Source of the DNA: Planctomycetota bacterium
GTDB lineage: Bacteria; Planctomycetota; SZUA-567; H5-PLA8
Direction: 5' to 3'
Assembly: GCA_045863855.1 (NCBI GenBank)
Contig: BTVV01000008.1
Coordinates: forward strand, 40,668 to 104,667
DNA: 64,000 bases
The position numbers and the translations under genes were made by a program. The stretch's first letter is position 1; each line of letters starts with the position of its first letter. Shown here piece by piece: positions 56,537 through 64,000 of the stretch. The notes below the pieces were generated by a model, which ran no database searches, was not told where the DNA came from, and saw only the letters and a program-made list of their open reading frames with translations.

Positions 56537-58555
56537 CTACCCCCTCACCTCCAACGCCTTCTTCACCGTCGCCACGATCTTGTCCACGCTCGGCAACACC
56601 GCCCGCTCCAGTTCCGGAGCCGCGGGGATCGGCACGTCCGCCGCCGCCACGCGCAGAATCGGAGCGTCCAGATATCCGAACGCCAGCTCCTGCACGCTCG
56701 CCGCCAATTCCGCGCCCCAGCCGCCGGTAAAATGACTCTCTTCCACCGTCACCAGCGCCTGCGTCCGCGCCGCGCTCTCGGCCACCGTCTTGCGGTCCAG
56801 CGGAGCCAGACAGCGCAGGTCGACCACCTCGGCTTCGATCCCGTCCTTCGCCAGAATCTCCGCCGCTTGCAGGCTCAGCAGCACCATGTAGCTGTTCGCC
56901 GCGATCGTGATGTCCTTCCCGGCGCGCACGATCTTAGCCTGGCCCAGCGGGATCTTTTCCGATTCCTTCGGCACCGGACCCTTCGTGATGTACAGCGCCT
57001 TGTGCTCCACGAAGACCACCGGATTGTTCTCGGTCAGACACGTCGCCAGCAGCCCCTTCGCGTCGCGCGCGTTGGACGGCGTGACCACGCGCAGCCCGGG
57101 CAGGTGCGTCAAGAGCGCGTCCAGGCACTGGCTGTGCGTCGCGCCGTAGCCGCGGTAGCCGCCCATGGGCGTGCGGATCACCATCGGGATCTTCACCTGC
57201 CCGTTGTAGATGTAATGAAACTTCGCCGCGTGGTTCAGCAACTGGTCCAGCGTCAGCAGGATGAAATCCATGAACATGATCTCGCCGACGGGACGCACGC
57301 CGCCCATCGCCGCGCCGGTGCAGAGCCCCACGATCCCCGCTTCGCTCACCGGCGTATTGATCAGCCGTTCCTTGCCGTACGTCTCCAGCATCCCGCGCGT
57401 AACCTTGAAGCATCCGCCGTACTCGCAGATGTCCTCGCCGAAGAGGAAAATCCGCGGGTCTTGGTCCATCGCCTCGCGCAGCGCTTCCTGAATCCCCTGC
57501 CAGTAGGGCTTCTCTTCCCACGCACCGTCCTTCAAGGGCTCCTGGCTCGGGTCGGGCGCGCCGGCTTCCGCCGGCGTCGCGTAGACTTTCGTCACCGCCG
57601 TCTCGGGCGCGACCGGCGCCAGCTTCTGGCAGCGCGCGTACGCGTCGGCCAGTTCCTCGTCCGAGCGCTTTTCGCAGGCGGCCAGTTCTTGCTCCGTCGC
57701 GCGGCCCGTCTTGAGCAGTTTCGCGCGGTAGCGCGCGAGCGGATCGCGTTGCGCCCATTCCGCCTCGACGTCCTTGCTGCGGTACAGATTCTGGTCGCTC
57801 CGGCTGTGCCCGCGCACGCGCCACGTCACCGCTTCGATCAGCACCGGCGCCTGTTCGTTCAGCACCATCTGGATGCCCGCGCGGATCTGTTCGAGCACTT
57901 CCTCCAGATCGTTCCCGTCCACGCGCTGGTACAGGATGCCGTAGGCTTCGCCGCGGTGAGCGATATTCACGCCGGCGGTCACGTCCTTCACGGCCGTCGA
58001 CATGCCCCAGCCGTTATTCTCGCAGACGTAGATCACCGGGAGCTTCCAGATCGCCGCCATGTTCAGGCTTTCGTGGAACGTCCCTTGGTTCGCCGCGCCG
58101 TCGCCGAAGAAGCTGATCACCACGTTCTCGCGGCCTTGGCGCTTGAGCGCCAAGCCCAGGCCCGTCGCCACGGGGATGCCGCCGCCCGTGATCCCGTTGG
58201 AGCCCATGAAGCCGCATTCGGGGCCGGCCACGTGCTGCGTGCCGCCCTTGCCGCCGCTGTATCCTTCGGCGCGCCCGTACAGTTCGGCCATCAGCTTGAA
58301 AACGTCGCCGCCCTTGGCCAGGAAATGCCCGTGTCCGCGGTGCGTGCTCACCACCAGGTCGTGCGGGCGCAGCGAACCGCACGCGCCCACGGCCACCGCT
58401 TCCTGTCCGACCGAACTGTGGAACGTCCCCGGCAGCCGGCCCGCCTTCGCCTCTTCCTCCATCCGCGATTCGAAGATGCGGATCTTGTACATCCGTTCGT
58501 AAAGCTGTAACGGCGGCGGGACGGGCGGGAGAATAACCGTTCGGCGCACGGTCAC
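56537..58555 (-). CDS. Fused 2-oxoacid (pyruvate/acetoin-type) dehydrogenase E1 alpha+beta
   Basis: GQEAVAVG, THRGHGH, TPP motif FFGDGAANQG..ESLN..CENN, RGHS; beta part GEDI..YGG, NTPVSEAG, GATHSQ, EVVDLR. Confidence 0.9.
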   Translation of the reverse strand: MTVRRTVILPPVPPPLQLYERMYKIRIFESRMEEEAKAGRLPGTFHSSVGQEAVAVGACGSLRPHDLVVSTHRGHGHFLAKGGDVFKLMAELYGRAEGYSGGKGGTQHVAGPECGFMGSNGITGGGIPVATGLGLALKRQGRENVVISFFGDGAANQGTFHESLNMAAIWKLPVIYVCENNGWGMSTAVKDVTAGVNIAHRGEAYGILYQRVDGNDLEEVLEQIRAGIQMVLNEQAPVLIEAVTWRVRGHSRSDQNLYRSKDVEAEWAQRDPLARYRAKLLKTGRATEQELAACEKRSDEELADAYARCQKLAPVAPETAVTKVYATPAEAGAPDPSQEPLKDGAWEEKPYWQGIQEALREAMDQDPRIFLFGEDICEYGGCFKVTRGMLETYGKERLINTPVSEAGIVGLCTGAAMGGVRPVGEIMFMDFILLTLDQLLNHAAKFHYIYNGQVKIPMVIRTPMGGYRGYGATHSQCLDALLTHLPGLRVVTPSNARDAKGLLATCLTENNPVVFVEHKALYITKGPVPKESEKIPLGQAKIVRAGKDITIAANSYMVLLSLQAAEILAKDGIEAEVVDLRCLAPLDRKTVAESAARTQALVTVEESHFTGGWGAELAASVQELAFGYLDAPILRVAAADVPIPAAPELERAVLPSVDKIVATVKKALEVRG

Positions 58556-58753
58556 GATGCGTACCTCGAGGGTTTACGGTTCCGCTAAGCCCTTCCGAGC
58601 GCTTACGCTGGCCGTTAGGGGAGCCTTCACCTTACAATCGCTTGGCGGCACTGTAGGTCACAGGCTGGCAAGCGTCAATGCTGCCTGGAACGCCCAGGTT
58701 GACGGCCGCTGGGCCGGTCGCGGGCGTTGCGGGGTTCACCGTCCGAGCGTCTC

Positions 58754-59884
58754 ATGCTATTACCTTACGCCGACGATAAGCCCCGCGACGGACGCAACGT
58801 CTGGGTCACGTACACCCTCATCGCCGCGAACGTCGCGGTTTTCCTGAGCCTCAATCCGCGTCCGGACTTTCCAGAGATCGTCGAACGCTACGCGTTCGTT
58901 CCCGCGTACCCCAGCTTCGAGACCGCGCTCGCCTGCATGTTCCTCCACGGCAGCATCGGGCACCTCCTGGGCAACATGTGGTTCCTGCACCTCTTCGGCG
59001 ATAACGTCGAAGCGCGCCTGGGCCCCCTCGGATATCTTTTGTGTTACCTCCTCACCGGCTTCGGCGGCGTCTACGGGCACATGATCTTCTTCCCCGCCTC
59101 CGAGGTGCCCACCATCGGCGCTTCCGGAGCGATTTACGGCGTGATGGGCATGTACCTCTTCCTCTTTCCCGCCAACCGCATCAAATTCTTCTACTTCCTC
59201 CTGATCCTCGCCGGTGTCACGCGACTCCCCGCCATCGTGGCCATGATCTTCTTCTTCGGCCAGGAAGTCCTCTTCGGATATTTCGCCGCCGCGCGGCAGA
59301 TCGAAGGCGGGGTGGGGCACCTCGCCCACGCCGGAGGCTTCCTCACCGGCTTCGGACTCGCCGGAATCCTCACCGTGACCGGCCTGATCCGCGACGACGG
59401 CGGCAACGTCTGGGCCTGGCTTACCGGCCGAGGCCGCCGGCCGCGCGACGAAGTCGTACCCGATGCGCCCGCGCTTGAGCCAGTGGTTCCGGGCGGCTGC
59501 GCCGAAGACTTGCTCGGCTTGGTCCGCGCCCGCCGCATCCCCGAAGCCCAAGCGCTGTGGCGTTCGCGCGGCATGATCGACCGCACCTGCGTCCTGCCGC
59601 CGCCCGAACAACTGGTCCTCGCGCTGGACCTGGCCGAACGGGGTGACGCCGAGGCCTCCCGCGCCGCCTTTACGCGGCTCCTCGAACACCACCCTCACCG
59701 CCAGCCCTATGCCGCCGAAGCGCATCTGGGCATCGCCCGCGATTACCTGATCCGCCTGCGCGCCGCGCCTTCGCGCGCCTATGCCGATGCCTGCGCCGAA
59801 CACCTCCGCCAAGCCGCCGCCTGGCACCCCGACCCCCAGCGCCAACAACTCGCGCGCCTTTGGCTTTCGACCCTGCCCGCCTAG
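58754..59884 (+). CDS. Rhomboid intramembrane serine protease with C-terminal TPR-like domain
   Basis: MFLHGSIGHLLGNMWFL..FGDNVE, catalytic GASGA, AHAGGF. Confidence 0.9.
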   Translation: MLLPYADDKPRDGRNVWVTYTLIAANVAVFLSLNPRPDFPEIVERYAFVPAYPSFETALACMFLHGSIGHLLGNMWFLHLFGDNVEARLGPLGYLLCYLLTGFGGVYGHMIFFPASEVPTIGASGAIYGVMGMYLFLFPANRIKFFYFLLILAGVTRLPAIVAMIFFFGQEVLFGYFAAARQIEGGVGHLAHAGGFLTGFGLAGILTVTGLIRDDGGNVWAWLTGRGRRPRDEVVPDAPALEPVVPGGCAEDLLGLVRARRIPEAQALWRSRGMIDRTCVLPPPEQLVLALDLAERGDAEASRAAFTRLLEHHPHRQPYAAEAHLGIARDYLIRLRAAPSRAYADACAEHLRQAAAWHPDPQRQQLARLWLSTLPA

Positions 59885-59921
59885 CGCCAGCCTCACCGAG
59901 CTTGGCGGAGGGCCCTGGCCT

Positions 59922-59942
59922 TTTCTTACTTTTTACTTTTTG
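59922..59942. repeat. Degenerate heptamer tract (CTTTTTR)x3
   Basis: TTTCTTA CTTTTTA CTTTTTG. Confidence 0.5.
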
Positions 59943-60137
59943 CCAATCGCGTCTCGTGAACCCCCTATCCGCATGAATGCCCCGCCCGCCTTCGCCGTCC
60001 CACCCGCGGAAGACGGGCTCCACACACCGGCCCCCGTTTCGCTCTTCGCAACCGAATGCGGAGCCTTCTTCCAATCGTCCACCTCCGGCCGGAGGGACGT
60101 GTTATAATCGGCGCGGTCTTCGGGAGGACCGGCCTGC

Positions 60138-61334
60138 ATGCCCAAGTGTGTACTCGCGTTTTCCGGCAGTCTCGACACGCTCATCGCCATCGCCTGGCTC
60201 AAGGAGCATCACGACCTCGATGTCGTGACGCTCTCCGTGGACCTCGGCGGCACCGCCGATCTCGAACTGCTCGGCGAACAGGCCCTCACCGCCGGCGCCG
60301 TGGCCGCGCGGATCGAGGACGTGCGCGAAGGCTATTTTCACGACTTCATCACGCCCGCGCTGCATGCGCTGGCGCACTACGAGAGTTACCTGCTCGCCGC
60401 CGCGCTCGCCCGGCCGCTCATCGCCCGCGAACTCGTCCGCGTCGCGCTCGAGGAAGGCGCCACCTGCGTCGCCCACGGCAGCACCCTTAAAGGGAACGAC
60501 CAGATCCGCTACGAGTCGGCCATCACGGCCCTCGCGCCGCATCTGCGCGTGATCATGCCGCACCGCGAATGGAACCTGCGCAACCGCGAAGCGCGACTCA
60601 ATTACGCCAAGGCCAAGCGCCTCCCCGTGCGCAAGGGACCGTCCTCCGAATACAAGTATGACCTCAACCTGTGGGGACAGTCGGTCAAGTGCGAGGCCTT
60701 CGGCGACACCAGCAAGCCCATTCCCGAAGAAGCCTATACGCTTACCACCTCGCTCCTCAACGCGCCCAACGAACCCGAAACCGTGCAGATCGAATTCCGC
60801 GAAGGCGTGCCCGTGGGGCTCAACGGCAAACGCATCGCGCCGATTGCCCTGCTCGAACAGCTTAACCAGACCGCAGGCCGCCACGGGATCGGGCGCACCG
60901 ATCTGATCGAAGACCGGCTCGTCGGCTTCAAGTCCCACGAAGTTTACGAAGCACCCGCCGCCACGGTCCTCTACGCCGCCAAGCGCGCCCTCGAACAAAT
61001 GACGCTCAGCCGCGAGACGCTTCAGGTCCGCGAGGGACTTTCCCTCGCCTACGGGCGCTGCGTCTACAACGGGCAGTGGTTCAGCGATCTGCGCTCGGCG
61101 CTCGACGAATTTTACCGCCGCATCAATCAGAACGTGAACGGGCAGGTCACCATGGGGCTTTACAAAGGCAACGCCACGGTCGTCACGCGCCAGAGCGACT
61201 TCAGCCTCTACAACGCCGAAACCGCGTCCTCCGAATTCGCCGACGCCAGCGCCTCCGAAACGTCACGCGGCTTCAGCAAACTCTTTACGCTCCCCGTCAC
61301 CACCGAAGCCCGGCGCAAAAAGAGTTCCGAATAG
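60138..61334 (+). CDS. argG: Argininosuccinate synthase family protein (divergent active-site motifs)
   Basis: AFSGSLDT, LARPLIA, HGSTLKGNDQIR, IEDRLVGFKSHEVYEAP, YNGQW, LYKGN; TATAAT promoter and GGAGG SD upstream. Confidence 0.8.
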   Translation: MPKCVLAFSGSLDTLIAIAWLKEHHDLDVVTLSVDLGGTADLELLGEQALTAGAVAARIEDVREGYFHDFITPALHALAHYESYLLAAALARPLIARELVRVALEEGATCVAHGSTLKGNDQIRYESAITALAPHLRVIMPHREWNLRNREARLNYAKAKRLPVRKGPSSEYKYDLNLWGQSVKCEAFGDTSKPIPEEAYTLTTSLLNAPNEPETVQIEFREGVPVGLNGKRIAPIALLEQLNQTAGRHGIGRTDLIEDRLVGFKSHEVYEAPAATVLYAAKRALEQMTLSRETLQVREGLSLAYGRCVYNGQWFSDLRSALDEFYRRINQNVNGQVTMGLYKGNATVVTRQSDFSLYNAETASSEFADASASETSRGFSKLFTLPVTTEARRKKSSE

Positions 61335-61350
61335 CCGCGGCCTCAGGCGC

Positions 61351-61392
61351 AAAAAAAAAACGGCCGCGATCGCTCGCGGCCGTTTGAGTTTT
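61351..61392. terminator. Bidirectional intrinsic terminator
   Basis: A10-CGGCCGCGA-TCGC-TCGCGGCCG-TTTGAGTTTT between convergent genes. Confidence 0.85.
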
Positions 61393-61412
61393 CTTCGAGT
61401 ACGAAGCCGGAC

Positions 61413-61727
61413 TTACTTGCCCTTCCGTTCTTCGTCCGACGTCGTGAACGCGTCTTCGATCTTGTCCGCGCCCGACTTCAAGCCCTTCTCCATCTTCTTG
61501 CCGCCGCCGAAGAGCCCCTTGCGCATCGGCTCGCCGACCGTGTGCGTGAAGAAGCGCACCATCGGATTGCCGCCCTCTCCGCCGTCCTTCTTCGTGTACT
61601 TGTCGTCGTCGGCTTTCGGCTTGGGCGCTTCCTTTGCCGCCGGCTTCGCCGGTTCTTCGGCCCGCAGCGCGCCGCCCGAAAACGCCATCGCCGCCGCCAC
61701 GCCCAGAATCAAAGTCAGTTTATGCAT
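61413..61727 (-). CDS. Small exported Lys/Gly-rich hypothetical protein
   Basis: GGAGG SD; signal peptide ending ALRA-EE. Confidence 0.7.
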   Translation of the reverse strand: MHKLTLILGVAAAMAFSGGALRAEEPAKPAAKEAPKPKADDDKYTKKDGGEGGNPMVRFFTHTVGEPMRKGLFGGGKKMEKGLKSGADKIEDAFTTSDEERKGK

Positions 61728-62095
61728 GATGTATCCTCCGCGTCACCTGCTCCGCATATCGGCATCGTCCGATTGTCCGGCCGCCTGTAACCGATTTGCT
61801 TCCGTGTAAAGAATGACGCAAGCTTTTGAGAAGCATTCGAAAATTCTATAACCCTTGGACTGTAAAAGATATGTGCGAAAATTAAACCTCCGATTCAGCC
61901 GCCGGAAGGGCTTAAACCGCGCCGCACAGAGTGTTTAAGAGAGCCCAACGGGCAGCCGTCGGAATTTCTGCTCCGCCCTCGAACGCGCGGTATCTACGAA
62001 TGGGATGCGGGACGTTTGCCCCGCCGCACTTGGACGTTTACCGATTTCGCGCGCCCCGCTACCATGGCTCCGCGGCTTCACAAGGAGAAACCCCC

Positions 62096-62614
62096 ATGCT
62101 CGCACCCCTGCGTTTCGCGTCCGTTTGCTTCGTGCTCTGCGCGGTCTGCGCCGCGTCGGCGGCCGAACAGGCCAAGATTTTCGTGCAGATGGAGGGCGTG
62201 AACGGTGAGCACGCCGAAGCCGGAATGGAAGGCGCCATCCGCGCCGAGAAGCTGGAATACCGCCTGGAACGCTCGGCCTCCAAAAGCTTCGCCAGCAAGC
62301 TGGGCATCGAGAAGCGCCCCAACTCGCTCTCGTTCGTGAAAGGCCTCGACCGCGCCACGCCGCAGCTCGCCAAGTGCGTCAAAGACGGCCGCCGCGTGCG
62401 CACGCTCACGATCAAAGTCTTCCAGGCGCCGCAGCCCGGCGAAGCCCTCAAGCACATCTTCACGCTGACGCTCAGCAACGCGACGGTCACTTCGATCGAC
62501 GTCTTCGCCGACGAAGCCTCCGGCGGACGGCCGCTCGAAACGGTGACCGTGGATTACGAAGAGATCGACCTGAAGAGCGAGACCAGCGGCGAGCAGGCGA
62601 CGATCGGCAAGTAA
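62096..62614 (+). CDS. hcp: Hcp (T6SS tube)-like protein with N-terminal signal peptide
   Basis: AAGGAG SD; IFVQMEGVNGE...LSFVKGLDRATPQL...FTLTLSNATVTSI...PLETVTVDYEEI matches the Hcp1 pattern. Confidence 0.78.
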   Translation: MLAPLRFASVCFVLCAVCAASAAEQAKIFVQMEGVNGEHAEAGMEGAIRAEKLEYRLERSASKSFASKLGIEKRPNSLSFVKGLDRATPQLAKCVKDGRRVRTLTIKVFQAPQPGEALKHIFTLTLSNATVTSIDVFADEASGGRPLETVTVDYEEIDLKSETSGEQATIGK

Positions 62615-62626
62615 CCCCGGAGAAGC

Positions 62627-63934
62627 GTGGCAATGGACGAGAAAGCGGCGCTGGGGTACCCGATCGGCTGGCGCGAGCGGCTAAAAGGCGGCGCGGCGGC
62701 CGATGCGCCGGCCGGGCCGCTCGATCCCGAGGCGTACGAACGGATCGAGCACGGCCCGTGCGTACGCGTGGGTCCCGACGAGGGCGATCTGCGCGGAGCC
62801 GATCACCGTGCGATCCAGGCCGCCGTGGAGTACGTCGCGAAACTCGGCGGCGGCACGGTGGAACTCGCGCCCGGGCGCTACACCCTGCGCAACGCCGTGG
62901 CGTTGCGCGACCGCGTGCGTCTGCGCGGAACGCCGGGCAAGACGATGCTCGTCGCTTGCGACGGCGCCGAAAGCCCCCTCGCGCTGGACGGCGACTGCAA
63001 CGAACGCCGCGTGACGCTCGCGCGACCCGAAGCCTTCCGAGTCGGCGACGGCATCTCGGTCCAGACGCCCAAGTCCGGCGGCTTCGCGACCAGCACCGCG
63101 ACGCTCGTCGCCCGCGCCGCCGACGACCCGCGCGCCTTTCTCCTCGACCGCGGCTTGTACCTCGACTACCTGGTCAAGCAGGAAGCCACGGCGCGGCTGG
63201 CCTTTCCGCTCGTCGGCGCGTGGCAGGTTCGCGACGCCATCGTCGAAGGACTCGTCCTGGACGGGAACAAAGAAAAAGCCCAGCCCCTTAACGGGTGCCG
63301 CGGTGGCGCGTACTACGCCTTCGAATCCGAACGCCTCTGGGTCCGGCAGTGCGAGTTCCTGCGCTACGCCGGCGACGGCATCAGCTTTCAGGTGTCGCAG
63401 GACGTCTGGATCGAGGACTGTCTCGCCGCCGAATGCACGCATCTGGGTCTCCATCCCGGCAGTGGGAGCCAGCGCCCGGTCGTCCGCCGCAACACCTCGC
63501 GCGCCAACGGCTCCGACGGCATCTTCGTCTGCTGGCGCGTCAAGCACGGGCTCTTCGAAGCGAACACCGTCGAGGCCAACGGCGGCCAGGGCGTCAGCAT
63601 CGGGCACAAGGACACCGACAATCTTTTCGCAGGCAACACCATCGTGAACAACGCCAAGGCCGGCGTGCTCTTCCGCGACGAGAGCGAGCCCATGGGCGCG
63701 CACCGCAACGTCTTCGAAGGCAACACGATCCTCGACAACGGGCAGCGCGAAGCCCTCGCCGCCGTCGAAGTTCGCGGCGAGACGCACGACCTCGTCTTCC
63801 GTGGGAACACCATCGGGCGCGGCGCGGCCGGAAACGGTCCCGACGCCGGTATCTGGATCGGACCGCAAGCGCTGCGCGTCAGCAGCGAAGGCAACGTCTT
63901 CAAAGGCGTGAAGCAAGATCTGGTTAAAGGTTGA
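62627..63934 (+). CDS. Right-handed parallel beta-helix repeat protein
   Basis: AIQAAVEYVAKLGGGTVELAPGRY; NosD-like repeats (NTSRANGSDGI, NTVEANGGQGV, NTIVNNAKAGV). Confidence 0.82.
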   Translation: MAMDEKAALGYPIGWRERLKGGAAADAPAGPLDPEAYERIEHGPCVRVGPDEGDLRGADHRAIQAAVEYVAKLGGGTVELAPGRYTLRNAVALRDRVRLRGTPGKTMLVACDGAESPLALDGDCNERRVTLARPEAFRVGDGISVQTPKSGGFATSTATLVARAADDPRAFLLDRGLYLDYLVKQEATARLAFPLVGAWQVRDAIVEGLVLDGNKEKAQPLNGCRGGAYYAFESERLWVRQCEFLRYAGDGISFQVSQDVWIEDCLAAECTHLGLHPGSGSQRPVVRRNTSRANGSDGIFVCWRVKHGLFEANTVEANGGQGVSIGHKDTDNLFAGNTIVNNAKAGVLFRDESEPMGAHRNVFEGNTILDNGQREALAAVEVRGETHDLVFRGNTIGRGAAGNGPDAGIWIGPQALRVSSEGNVFKGVKQDLVKG

Positions 63935-63941
63935 AACGAAC

Positions 63942-64000
63942 ATGCCCACCGCCGTCCTGATCAGCTTCGACACCGAGGATTTCGTCAGCCCCGCCGCGGA
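63942..64000 (+). CDS. Start of a probable polysaccharide deacetylase-like protein (truncated by window end)
   Basis: MPTAVLISFDTEDFVSPAA; the SFDxED motif is typical of NodB-like deacetylases. Confidence 0.5.
   Translation, partial: MPTAVLISFDTEDFVSPAA

Noticed and set aside
62096..62614. Type VI secretion cluster or prophage tail locus
   Set aside because: No sheath, baseplate, VgrG or other phage genes in the window.

Overview
GC-rich bacterial chromosomal segment, mostly housekeeping and envelope/carbohydrate genes. The gene repertoire and intergenic heptamer repeats suggest a PVC-superphylum, probably Planctomycetota, organism; this is inference only. Recognisable genes: glnD, leuS, tRNA-Ala(GGC), cyclophilin, gph, asd, sat, rpmH (L34, too short for the ORF track), kdsD-kdsC, a fused 2-oxoacid dehydrogenase E1 alpha/beta, rhomboid and an argG-like gene. 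There is also a LacI/IclR/GntR-regulated catabolic region with beta-helix and GH42-like proteins. I found no transposase, integrase, prophage or CRISPR array. Most unusual items: (1) an aldo/keto-reductase fused to a coproheme-decarboxylase/chlorite-dismutase-fold domain, preceded by a PitA-like ABM gene, with non-canonical active-site residues in both fused domains; (2) two oversized, mutually paralogous LptC/LptA-like proteins after kdsD-kdsC; (3) an orphan Hcp-like tube protein with a Sec signal peptide; (4) an ArgG homologue with substituted substrate-binding motifs; (5) a promoter-terminator leader upstream of asd; (6) several apparently leaderless genes and 7-nt-periodic intergenic tracts; (7) a decayed SRPBCC/AHSA1 pseudogene. 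All assignments come from reading motifs by eye; no database search was run.
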